Origin: a virus
Taxonomy: Duplodnaviria > Caudoviricetes
Strand: one strand, 5' to 3'
IMG/VR virus record: IMGVR_UViG_3300032321_000659
Span: 1 to 25,007 of that record
Length of the DNA: 25,007 nucleotides
Within the stretch, counting starts at the first letter, position 1. Every line of letters begins with the position of its first letter. Shown here in pieces: positions 16,852-24,946 of this stretch. Under the pieces are notes generated by a model. It searched no databases, had not been told where the DNA came from, and worked only from the letters and a program-made list of their open reading frames with translations. The position numbers and the translations under genes were made by a program.

Positions 16852-17234
16852 CAAGCACGATAGCGGCCGGCATCTTTACACCGACCCCGGCAAACCCGGT
16901 GGTTTACGAGCCTCGGACAGCGATGCAAGACATCGATCCAAAAGCGCTCGCCCGAGAATTGCTGGAGCCACAGCAATACAAATGCTTCGCGCAATTAATC
17001 GGCAAGGAGAGCGCGTGGCAATCCGTCAATAACCCCGAAAGCTCTGCAAAGGGCGTAGGGCAACTCCTTGCCGGCACATACAAAAATCTAGGGATGCGAC
17101 ACCCGGAATCCAAAGTGAGCCAAACAATCGCAGCCCTGGCATATATCGGCAGACGATACGGATCCGGCGGCCCCTGCGCAGCTTGGTCACATTGGCAAGA
17201 GAAGAAAACAAAGACCGGCTACGGCTGGTATTAG
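16848..17234 (+). CDS. Lytic transglycosylase-like (SLT/lysozyme-fold) protein; start uncertain
   Basis: 'KESAW...NP.SSAKGVGQLL', 'YIGRRYG..GPCAAWSHW..GWY'. Confidence 0.8.
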   Translation: MTSTIAAGIFTPTPANPVVYEPRTAMQDIDPKALARELLEPQQYKCFAQLIGKESAWQSVNNPESSAKGVGQLLAGTYKNLGMRHPESKVSQTIAALAYIGRRYGSGGPCAAWSHWQEKKTKTGYGWY

Positions 17235-17243
17235 GGGGAATGC

Positions 17244-17558
17244 ATGACAATTGAAATAGAACATGGCGTCGTTGATTTTGATGACGGAGTGGGCCAATGG
17301 TTGCGCCAGTACAAAGAAGCGCAGGCAGAAGCAAAGAAGTGGGGCGAGATCGCAGACATAGCACGCTCGCACCTTGAAGCAGCGATGGGAGATGCCGAAC
17401 TTGCGATGTACCAGAATCGCCCGGTGATCCGTTGGACTCGAGTCGAGAGCAAACGCTTCGACACAAAGCGAGCTAGGGAAATCCTTCCCGAGCAAGTTAT
17501 TGAAGCCCTTGAAACGATTTCAGTTTCTAGGCGTTTCACGATCGTGGAGCAAGAATGA
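17244..17558 (+). CDS. Hypothetical recombination-module protein
   Basis: AGGGGGAA SD; coiled N-half and 'SKRFDTK...SRRFTI' tail resembling C-termini of YqaJ-type proteins. Confidence 0.7.
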   Translation: MTIEIEHGVVDFDDGVGQWLRQYKEAQAEAKKWGEIADIARSHLEAAMGDAELAMYQNRPVIRWTRVESKRFDTKRAREILPEQVIEALETISVSRRFTIVEQE

Positions 17559-17644
17559 GCCTGCCTACGATTATCCCAAACCCCGGCATCATTGAAGATC
17601 CAATCTTCACGCCTTACGAAGACGACGAAGAGGACGACGACTAG
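17555..17644 (+). CDS. 29-aa acidic peptide MSLPTIIPNPGIIEDPIFTPYEDDEEDDD
   Basis: GGAG SD, ATGA overlap upstream, stop abuts next ATG. Confidence 0.65.
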   Translation: MSLPTIIPNPGIIEDPIFTPYEDDEEDDD

Positions 17645-18382
17645 ATGTTCGTATCACCGCACGCACCAGGCAAAGCCCTCGGCGATGAATTGGCAGCAAT
17701 CATCACAAAGGCAGGCACATGGACACCGAGATCAAAGCAGGTCTACATCGGCCCATCTGAGATCGGACACGCATGCACCAGACGCATCGCTTACAAACTG
17801 CTCGATTGGGATAAAGCAAACGAGATCCCGGGCGGCGGAAACTGGGCGGCGCAAGTCGGCACAGCGATCCATGCGCACCTGGCGGAAATCTTCGGCAAAC
17901 TTGAAGATTACGAAGTTGAGCAGAAGGTCACCATTCGAGCCAATCTCACTGGCACAGTGGACTTATTCGACAAGCGGCGCGGCATTGTTATGGATTGGAA
18001 GACCACAAACGCGACGCAGCTCGATAAGCGACGCAAGGAAGGCGCGACCGATCAGCAACTCACGCAAGTCCAGCTTTACGGATATGGCAAAGCGCAAGAA
18101 GGGATTGAAGTAAAGCAAGTCGCCCTTGTTTACCTTCCCACTTCCGGAACTCTTGACGACATGCACGTCGCGCTTCACGATTACGACGAAGCGATCGCAA
18201 TTCAAGCACTCGCCAGACTCGACACCGTCTACGGATTACTTGCAACCGTTGATGTCGAGAACAGCCCGGAACTTTGGCAACTGATACCAGCAAGCCCCGA
18301 TCGGCTTTGCAATTACTGCCCATACTTCCAACCCTTCAGCACAGACTTAGCAAAGGCCTGCAACGGAGATACAACTCCATGA
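17645..18382 (+). CDS. Cas4/RecB-like PD-(D/E)XK exonuclease
   Basis: 'PSEIGHAC', 'GTAIH', 'GTVDLFD', 'DWKT', 'QVQLYG', C-terminal 'CNYCPYF...C'. Confidence 0.88.
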   Translation: MFVSPHAPGKALGDELAAIITKAGTWTPRSKQVYIGPSEIGHACTRRIAYKLLDWDKANEIPGGGNWAAQVGTAIHAHLAEIFGKLEDYEVEQKVTIRANLTGTVDLFDKRRGIVMDWKTTNATQLDKRRKEGATDQQLTQVQLYGYGKAQEGIEVKQVALVYLPTSGTLDDMHVALHDYDEAIAIQALARLDTVYGLLATVDVENSPELWQLIPASPDRLCNYCPYFQPFSTDLAKACNGDTTP

Positions 18383-18618
18383 GATGGCTGATGAACATCA
18401 ACGGAGACATCTGGCGGCAACAAACTGATGTGCCATTGAAGATGATTCAAACTGGATCACTTGAGACACCGGAACGCATCGAATTCTTAAAGGCGGAAGA
18501 TGTAACGATCAACTTCCCAGTTGAGAAAACAATAAACGACATCAAGAAAGAGATGATCGAGTCAGAGTTGGAAACCCAACAAACAAGCAATACCAAGACA
18601 AAGGGGGAAAGAGAATGA
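18379..18618 (+). CDS. Hypothetical protein (79 aa)
   Basis: GGAG SD, ATGA overlaps at both ends. Confidence 0.65.
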   Translation: MRWLMNINGDIWRQQTDVPLKMIQTGSLETPERIEFLKAEDVTINFPVEKTINDIKKEMIESELETQQTSNTKTKGERE

Positions 18619-19085
18619 ACTTCTCTGAACTAGCAACAGGCGGCGACCAGCCAAAGGTCGCGGATCTCGCAAATCAATTGCTGATCATTGAACCAACCGA
18701 ATACAAACAAAGCATCAACACAGTGCATGGCGAAACAGATGCGATTGAAGTCAACGTGACAAACCTCGACACCGGGGAAATGCACGCAGGGCTTCTATTC
18801 TTCAACGTTGCACTCAAGAACGCGCTAAAGAACAAAGTCGGCCAGAAGGTTCTAGCACGCATCGGACAGGGAACAGCAAAGCCAGGAAAATCAGCGCCCT
18901 GGATCCTAATCGACGCAACTAGCAACCCGGCAGACTTGGCAAAGGCAAACGCCTTCGTAGGCACAGCCGGAGCGAAGCAAGCGGCATCGCCGGCAGCTTC
19001 AGAACCAAAGCAAGTGGTCACAGCCGATGGATTAACGCCAGAAATTGTCGCGCTCCTTGCACAACTTGGAGCAAAGCCAGCATAA
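18615..19085 (+). CDS. Putative single-stranded DNA-binding protein
   Basis: OB-like beta pattern, 'AKPGKSAPWIL', flexible Ala/Pro tail; follows exonuclease. Confidence 0.55.
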   Translation: MNFSELATGGDQPKVADLANQLLIIEPTEYKQSINTVHGETDAIEVNVTNLDTGEMHAGLLFFNVALKNALKNKVGQKVLARIGQGTAKPGKSAPWILIDATSNPADLAKANAFVGTAGAKQAASPAASEPKQVVTADGLTPEIVALLAQLGAKPA

Positions 19086-19093
19086 GGTAACCA

Positions 19094-19119
19094 TTCTCGG
19101 GTGGGGCTTCACTCGGGGA
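19094..19119 (+). other. GC-rich hairpin after SSB-like gene
   Basis: TTCTCGGGTG / CACTCGGGGA 10-bp stem with G-U pairs; no T tract. Confidence 0.5.
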
Positions 19120-19123
19120 AGGC

Positions 19124-19178
19124 GCGTGGGCCAGGCGGCCGTAGGGGAAACGGATCGGTTCGACTCCGATCACACGCA
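19124..19178 (+). ncRNA. tRNA-like element lacking a D arm
   Basis: Acceptor-like stem GCGTGGG/CACACGC (6 of 7 pairs), hairpin CCGT-AGGGGAA-ACGG, canonical T arm ATCGG-TTCGACT-CCGAT. Confidence 0.5.
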
Positions 19179-19204
19179 CGCAAGAATAAACAAGGGGGAA
19201 ATCA

Positions 19205-20662
19205 ATGATAAAAACTGGCGTCTCGCTATTTGCAGGCATCGGTGGATTTGATCTTGCGATGGAAAGAGCAGGAATCAATGTAGTAGCAACAGTCGAATGG
19301 GATAAGCACGCACAAAGCGTTCTAGCCCGGCGATTTCCAAACTCAAAACTATACGGAGACATTACGGGGGTAACAGGTGAACAGCTCATCAATGCAGGAT
19401 TTGATCCAGCAAACGGAATCATCACTGGCGGATTTCCATGCCAAGATCTGTCCGTTGCAGGCAGAAGAGCAGGACTCATTGGATCACGATCAGGATTATT
19501 CTGGGAGATTTGTAGACTCCTTGACGAAACCAAAGCGCAGAACTTTATTCTCGAAAACGTCCCTGGACTTCTCTCATCTAACGAAGGACGAGATATGGGA
19601 ACCGTTATCAGAGCGCTGGAAGAGCGCGGGTATAGCCTCGCATGGCGTGTGCTTGACGCTCAACACTTCGGAGTCGCCCAAAGACGCCGTCGAGTCTTCA
19701 TTATCGGCCATCTTGGAAACGACTGGAGAACACCTGCGGAAATACTCGCTATCGCCGAGAGCAGCGCAAGGTATTCTGAACAGAGCAACACGAAGAGGAA
19801 AGAAGTTGCCGCAAGCGTTAGCGATGGCATTACAGACGATAGTCGAGCAGGAAACTTTGAACTCTACGACTTCCCAAAAGAATCAGTAAGTCCCACACTT
19901 AACGCACGACGTGCGCATGACACAATGACGTATCAAGAAGTCGCACGAATGCAGGGCTTCGGGGATTATCAAATGGATGAGATATCTGGAGCACTGAAAG
20001 CCAGAGATTACAAAGATGCAACCGATCTAGTTATTCAACCATTCGTCAAGATCATACGATCAGGAGCCAGAGCAGAAGATGGATCACTGCCAGCAGAGGT
20101 ATGGGCAGAGCGAGACATTGCACCGACGCTCAACATCATGGATAACAATGGCGAAAGCCACGCAACGGTTCTCAATGTAGATCCGACATTCTTCTACGCA
20201 AAGAGCCATCAAGACGTGCGAATTCAGGGCGACGTGATCAACACACTCGCCGCGACGATGGGAACAGGCGGTGGCAACACGCCGATGGTTCACGCAATAC
20301 AAAATACCGTCATTGGCCGCAAAGACACATCGGGGCCACAAGGCAAAGGATACGGAAACGAAGAAGATCCAATGTTCACTTTGGATACGACTTCACCTCA
20401 TGCGGTGGCATTTCATCTAACACAAACCCCGACAAGTGGCGAAGTTTCACCGACGATGGGATCCTCACCCGGCGGAATGGGAATGATGAAGAATTCAACC
20501 GTTCGAAGACTTACACCAGTTGAATGCGAGCGCCTGCAAGGATTTCCAGATGGATGGACAGAAGGACAAGCAGATAGCCACCGATACAAGCAACTCGGCA
20601 ACGCGGTAGCAGTGCCGGTGGTGGAATGGATTATTCAAAGATTTATTCAAGCAACACACTAG
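19205..20662 (+). CDS. DNA (cytosine-5) methyltransferase with long variable region
   Basis: Motifs I 'SLFAGIGG', IV 'GFPCQDLS', VI 'ENV', VIII 'QRRRRVF', IX 'RRLTPVECERLQGFP', X 'QLGNAV'. Confidence 0.95.
   Translation: MIKTGVSLFAGIGGFDLAMERAGINVVATVEWDKHAQSVLARRFPNSKLYGDITGVTGEQLINAGFDPANGIITGGFPCQDLSVAGRRAGLIGSRSGLFWEICRLLDETKAQNFILENVPGLLSSNEGRDMGTVIRALEERGYSLAWRVLDAQHFGVAQRRRRVFIIGHLGNDWRTPAEILAIAESSARYSEQSNTKRKEVAASVSDGITDDSRAGNFELYDFPKESVSPTLNARRAHDTMTYQEVARMQGFGDYQMDEISGALKARDYKDATDLVIQPFVKIIRSGARAEDGSLPAEVWAERDIAPTLNIMDNNGESHATVLNVDPTFFYAKSHQDVRIQGDVINTLAATMGTGGGNTPMVHAIQNTVIGRKDTSGPQGKGYGNEEDPMFTLDTTSPHAVAFHLTQTPTSGEVSPTMGSSPGGMGMMKNSTVRRLTPVECERLQGFPDGWTEGQADSHRYKQLGNAVAVPVVEWIIQRFIQATH
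19377..19889 (+). CDS. Nested alternative-frame gene, M.EcoHK31I beta-subunit-like
   Basis: 170 aa in +1 frame, GTG start 6 nt after GGGGG SD (19366-19370); 'SSLSAILET...KYSLSPRAAQGILNRATRRGKKLPQAL..AL'. Confidence 0.7.
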   Translation: MNSSSMQDLIQQTESSLADFHAKICPLQAEEQDSLDHDQDYSGRFVDSLTKPKRRTLFSKTSLDFSHLTKDEIWEPLSERWKSAGIASHGVCLTLNTSESPKDAVESSLSAILETTGEHLRKYSLSPRAAQGILNRATRRGKKLPQALAMALQTIVEQETLNSTTSQKNQ

Positions 20663-20672
20663 GGGGCGACCA

Positions 20673-22739
20673 ATGAGCAATGAAATTCTGACCACAGCTC
20701 TGCGATTTGCAGCCGCAGGAATCTGCGCCGTTCCAGTAGCGGCAGACGGATCCAAACGCCCCGGATTGCCAGCCTGGACGACTTACCAGAAGCGCCTACC
20801 GACACCCGAAGAATTGATGGGATGGTTTGGAAAGAAGCAAGACGGCGTCGGCATCATTTGCGGATCTGTATCAGGCAACCTTGAAATGTTAGAACTTGAA
20901 GGCAGAGCCGTCGCGAAGAAACTTCACATTGAACTGCGCCAGATATTTGAAAGCAGCGAGCATGGCCACCTTTGGACGAAGCTTGTCAACGGATACATGG
21001 AGACGACGCCATCGGGCGGTATTCACTGGCTCTACCGGATCAGCGATGGCAAAGTTGCAGGCAACACGAAGATCGCACAGGCAGCCGGCGAAGACGGCGG
21101 ATGTTTGGCAGAAACACGTGGCGAAGGCGGCTTCGTGATCACAGCGCCATCGGGTGGCAAGTGCCATCCTTCCGGCAACCCCTGGCAGATCTCGGCAGGA
21201 TCCATTGAAACAATTCCAACCTTTACGATCGCAGAGCGCCAGATTATCCATCAATACTTTGCTCTTTACGACGAAGTGCCAAAGGCCGAATGGATCGAAG
21301 AAGAGACAAAGCCACGCAAGGACGGCGTCGAAACACCAGGCGATGCTTATAACGACACCGTCACCTGGGAGAGCATTCTCGAACCACTCGGATGGACGAA
21401 GGTTTATAGCAAAGGCGAATCCACAGCCTGGCGACGTCCCGGCAAGTCCGAAGGCATATCGGCGACGACAAACTTCAACGGCAACGGCAAACTCTTCGTT
21501 TTCAGCACCTCGACAATATTTGAAGCGCAGAGCAGCTACTCAAAATTTGCCGCCTATACCCAGATAGAACATAAGGGCGACTTCAAAGCAGCAGCTTCAC
21601 ATTTGCGATCACAGGGCTTCGGAGCAAAGACCGAACTGCGCACCGATTGGCAACAGATCGAATCGCACAATCCAAGCCACGTGCAGCTTCACGACGAGAA
21701 CGAAGAGATCGCAACAAGCTCGTGGATCCCACAGGACATCACCGACATGGTTCTAGAAGATGAACCAGGGCCATCCATTCTCAAGCGCGAAGATGGAAAC
21801 CACATCCTTTATGCAAACAAGATCAACGCAATCTTTGGAGAGAGCGAAAGCGGCAAGACTTGGATCGCTATCGAAGCGGTGCGTCAAGAATTAGCAAAGA
21901 AGAACTGCGTCTTTTATTTGGACTTCGAAGATAGCGCTCGCGGAATCAAAGGACGCCTCAAGACGATGGGGGTTGCAACCGAAGGCCTGCGCCATTTCAG
22001 ATACGCAAACCCGGACGAAGGAATCACCAGGGGCATCGTTGAAGTTATTCAAAGTGAGATCCAGATCCACAAACCATCCTTGATCGTAATCGACGGCGTC
22101 AACGCAGCGATGAACCTGCTCGGCCTCGACCTTGAAAAGAACAAAGACGCGACGACTTTCTCGCAGCTCATCCTTCGCCCACTTCGGATGGAGAACGCGG
22201 CCATCTTGACGATTGATCATGTGACCAAGAGCAAAGACACCCGGGGCAATTACGCCATCGGAGCACAGGCAAAGAGAGCAGACATCGACGGCGTCGCGAT
22301 AGCAGTCGACGTGGCGATGCCATTCGGCAGGGGCCTTGACGGTTGCCTGAATCTGAAAGTAACCAAAGACCGGCCAGGATTCGTCCGCGCCATCTGCCAG
22401 GACGCCAAAGACCTCGGCGTCGCAAACTTGAAGAGCAACAAGGACGGCACGATCACCGTCACAATTAGCGGCGGCACAATTGTCGTAACGACGAAGGAGC
22501 AGAAGCTTCAGGAACTATCGAACTTCTTTGAAAAGACCGGAACCGAGATGGGCCAGAACGACATCCGCAAAGGCCTGCGGCAAGAAGGAATCGAGATCGG
22601 CAATCAGGAACTAGGACAGGCTTTGGAGCAGCTCATCGCCGGCGGCTTTGTCGAATTTAGGAAACAAGGGCAGAAGCATCTCTACAAATTCAAGAATCAA
22701 TTCATGATCGGCGACGTCAATGCATGGGAAGCGGAGTAA
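20673..22739 (+). CDS. Bifunctional primase-polymerase / RecA-like helicase
   Basis: Prim-pol motifs 'GIICG.VSG', 'TPSGGIH', 'RGEGGFVITAPS'; Walker A 'GESESGKT', Walker B 'LIVIDG'. Confidence 0.9.
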   Translation: MSNEILTTALRFAAAGICAVPVAADGSKRPGLPAWTTYQKRLPTPEELMGWFGKKQDGVGIICGSVSGNLEMLELEGRAVAKKLHIELRQIFESSEHGHLWTKLVNGYMETTPSGGIHWLYRISDGKVAGNTKIAQAAGEDGGCLAETRGEGGFVITAPSGGKCHPSGNPWQISAGSIETIPTFTIAERQIIHQYFALYDEVPKAEWIEEETKPRKDGVETPGDAYNDTVTWESILEPLGWTKVYSKGESTAWRRPGKSEGISATTNFNGNGKLFVFSTSTIFEAQSSYSKFAAYTQIEHKGDFKAAASHLRSQGFGAKTELRTDWQQIESHNPSHVQLHDENEEIATSSWIPQDITDMVLEDEPGPSILKREDGNHILYANKINAIFGESESGKTWIAIEAVRQELAKKNCVFYLDFEDSARGIKGRLKTMGVATEGLRHFRYANPDEGITRGIVEVIQSEIQIHKPSLIVIDGVNAAMNLLGLDLEKNKDATTFSQLILRPLRMENAAILTIDHVTKSKDTRGNYAIGAQAKRADIDGVAIAVDVAMPFGRGLDGCLNLKVTKDRPGFVRAICQDAKDLGVANLKSNKDGTITVTISGGTIVVTTKEQKLQELSNFFEKTGTEMGQNDIRKGLRQEGIEIGNQELGQALEQLIAGGFVEFRKQGQKHLYKFKNQFMIGDVNAWEAE

Positions 22740-22745
22740 ACAGCC

Positions 22746-22872
22746 TGTGGATAACTTAACCGTTCCGCCGTTCCGCACTGTTCCGCACCGTTCCGCAGAA
22801 CACCTCGGCAAGAGCGACCAAACTGTTCCGCTGTTCCCCCCCTATAAGGGGGAACGCGGAACAGTGGAACAG
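22746..22872. repeat. Putative replication origin: DnaA box + GTTCCGC iterons + palindrome
   Basis: TGTGGATAA 22746-22754; GTTCCGC at 22762, 22770, 22780, 22790, 22825; inverted GGAAC copies around GTTCCCCC-CCTATAA-GGGGGAAC. Confidence 0.7.
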
Positions 22873-22892
22873 CAGCCACAGGAACAGAATAA

Positions 22893-23267
22893 ATGATGAA
22901 TTCAAACTTTATCCCCATCTTTTGCGCAGCCTGTGGAAAACTTATCTGGCAAGGCTTCACCGTCGGATTTCAGATCAGACTCGACTCGGCAACGTTGACC
23001 ATTCGAGAAGAGATCATCAAACGAATCCAGGGCAGCCGAACATTCGAACTACATAAGACGGCCGTATCATTCGAAGCCGATCTGCGATCGCTGAACGCAA
23101 TCCAGAGAAGCCAGGACAAGCAGCCACTGATTCTGGCCAGCCACAGTTGCAGCAAGACGATGGAGATATTCAGACTCAAGGGCCAAGAACCGGACGCCGA
23201 TGAGATCCCGGATTATTGGAACAGAAGGAAGAAACCACAGCTTGAGCACGAAGGGATACCGTTCTGA
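22893..23267 (+). CDS. Hypothetical zinc-binding protein
   Basis: CxxC near N-terminus, HxC later, ends 'EGIPF'. Confidence 0.7.
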   Translation: MMNSNFIPIFCAACGKLIWQGFTVGFQIRLDSATLTIREEIIKRIQGSRTFELHKTAVSFEADLRSLNAIQRSQDKQPLILASHSCSKTMEIFRLKGQEPDADEIPDYWNRRKKPQLEHEGIPF

Positions 23268-24004
23268 TGGACTGCACAATCTGCGCAAAGAAGACCGAGC
23301 GACCAGGATCCTGCAACCGGTGCGCAACGAAAGTCCGCAACCAGATTGCAGAACTTCCACAGCTGCACAAAGAAGCCAAGCAATTCCTTCAACCTTCCCG
23401 GACAGGATCAGGAGCAGCCAGCACCGAGCGAAGCATTGGAATTAACGTGGCCGCTTTGGATTTCACGATGGCAACCGAACTACTTCGAACCCTTCACGTA
23501 TGGGAGACCACGATCAGATACGCAAGAGGGCTGACACCTCCGGCGATGGTAAACAAAGAACCAACCATTGAAGGCGAAGTCTTGGCGAGCGCAACCTTTC
23601 ACTTGGCCCACATCAACTGGTCACTTGAACAAGACTGGGCGGCAGACTTCGCTCACGAAATCCAGATCATCCATGCCAAAGGAAGAGCAGCTGCAAAGCG
23701 CTTCTCCGAACAGCCCCGGCGGATTCCATGTCCAAGCGATGAGTGCAGCAAGTACGTCGTGATTGATGCCGATAACTTAACAGCCGAAGTCGCCTGCTTC
23801 GGATGCAAGCAACAATGGACGGTGCTTCGCTTGATAGCATTGGCAATGAGTAACCCGAGCAAAACCTTCTATCTTGATGTTGAAGCGATTGCGATGTGGC
23901 TAGGAATTAAAGAGCGCGAAGTTTATAGAACGATAAAGAAGAATGACATCCATAGAAGAGGAAGTCTTTATGACATCGCAGCAATCATCAAGGCACGATC
24001 ATGA
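23267..24004 (+). CDS. Zinc-finger protein with C-terminal HTH-like segment (possible late regulator)
   Basis: CxxC pairs at N-terminus and near C-terminus, 'VEAIAMWLGIKEREVYRTI'; last gene of replication block. Confidence 0.65.
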   Translation: MDCTICAKKTERPGSCNRCATKVRNQIAELPQLHKEAKQFLQPSRTGSGAASTERSIGINVAALDFTMATELLRTLHVWETTIRYARGLTPPAMVNKEPTIEGEVLASATFHLAHINWSLEQDWAADFAHEIQIIHAKGRAAAKRFSEQPRRIPCPSDECSKYVVIDADNLTAEVACFGCKQQWTVLRLIALAMSNPSKTFYLDVEAIAMWLGIKEREVYRTIKKNDIHRRGSLYDIAAIIKARS

Positions 24005-24012
24005 TGCATGAT

Positions 24013-24044
24013 TTGACGCAACTGTCAATCCAATCTGATACGCT
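24013..24044 (+). promoter_or_regulatory. Candidate promoter with inverted repeat
   Basis: TTGAC-N6-GTCAA (24013-24028) and extended -10 TGaTACGCT (24036-24044). Confidence 0.45.
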
Positions 24045-24089
24045 TGCGCTAGCAGATGTAATTATCCCCGAAACAAAATGGGGAATCAC

Positions 24090-24290
24090 ATGTTGAACAT
24101 AACGATAAGCATCGGCGATGTTCACACAGAGATGACGACTGACAATAACTTATCATTTGACGCAATCGAGTCATTACTTAACCGAGCAGTAACAGCAACG
24201 CTTCACTCATATCTATCGCTGCCGGAGAAGGATAGGCTTACCCTTTACGGATCGGATTACGATGACGACGCCGATGGAGATACCGACTGA
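24090..24290 (+). CDS. Small hypothetical protein with acidic tail
   Basis: GGGGA SD before ATG 24090. Confidence 0.7.
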   Translation: MLNITISIGDVHTEMTTDNNLSFDAIESLLNRAVTATLHSYLSLPEKDRLTLYGSDYDDDADGDTD

Positions 24291-24651
24291 AAGAACATGC
24301 ACCAGATGCAAAGAAACCAAACAACTGCATTTCTTCTGCAAAGATAGAAGGAGAGCAGATGGAGTGCGTGAATTATGTAAGCATTGTAGGAGTATTGATC
24401 GCAGCATTATTCATAAGGCGAATAAGAATCGCCAGGCAATACTCACAGAGCAGAACGATGCGTGCGCTATCTGTGGCGTCCATGTTGAAGAGAGTGCAAC
24501 GAAATTCGTAATCGATCACAATCACGAAACGAATCAAGTGCGTGGAATCCTTTGTAGCAACTGCAACGTTGGACTTGGATACTTCAAGGACAAGCCGGGA
24601 AGATTAGGCCAAGCAATCAAGTACCTCATGGATTACGATGGCCTTACCTAG
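24262..24651 (+). CDS. Endonuclease VII-like His-Me finger nuclease
   Basis: 'QNDACAICG', 'IDHNHET..VRGILCSNCNVGLG'; N-terminal CxxC pairs. Confidence 0.85.
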   Translation: MTTPMEIPTERTCTRCKETKQLHFFCKDRRRADGVRELCKHCRSIDRSIIHKANKNRQAILTEQNDACAICGVHVEESATKFVIDHNHETNQVRGILCSNCNVGLGYFKDKPGRLGQAIKYLMDYDGLT

Positions 24652-24946
24652 ACCATGCTTAGTCTGCGGAACCATTGCACGCGCAACTCGATGCGATGAT
24701 TGCGATCTCAGCTACAAACGGATCAAAGAGAAGACGCGGCCCACACGCACACAGCGTGGATACGATTACCAGTGGCGACAGCTCAGCAAAGCGCTTCGAC
24801 AAGAGCAACCCTGGTGCAGCGCATGCGGCAGCACACACGATCTCACTGTTGATCACATAAAATCATTGGCCGAAGGCGGCCTGACAATCAGATCCAACTT
24901 GCAAGTGCTTTGCAGAAGATGCAATTCCAGCAAAGCTAATAGATAG
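24638..24946 (+). CDS. HNH endonuclease (HK97 gp74-like packaging cofactor)
   Basis: 'RGYDYQW', 'CSAC', 'TVDHI', 'NLQVLCRRCNSSK'. Confidence 0.88.
   Translation: MALPRPCLVCGTIARATRCDDCDLSYKRIKEKTRPTRTQRGYDYQWRQLSKALRQEQPWCSACGSTHDLTVDHIKSLAEGGLTIRSNLQVLCRRCNSSKANR

Noticed and set aside
17592-18113. 173-aa alternative-frame ORF over the exonuclease
   Set aside because: S/R/T-rich shadow-frame composition, no motif or SD; the 29-aa peptide explains the gap better.
17645-18382. Cas4-like gene as sign of a CRISPR-Cas system
   Set aside because: No array or other cas genes; solo Cas4-like exonucleases are common in phage recombination modules.
19124-19178. Functional tRNA-Pro(GGG)
   Set aside because: No D arm, no U33, no variable loop, acceptor mismatch; kept only as a tRNA-like element.
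22760-22872. GTTCCGC repeats as a mini CRISPR array, and minus-strand ORFs 22611-22811 and 22697-22960
   Set aside because: Repeats are 7 bp with 1-3 bp spacers; the ORFs are translations of the repeat with no SD or context.
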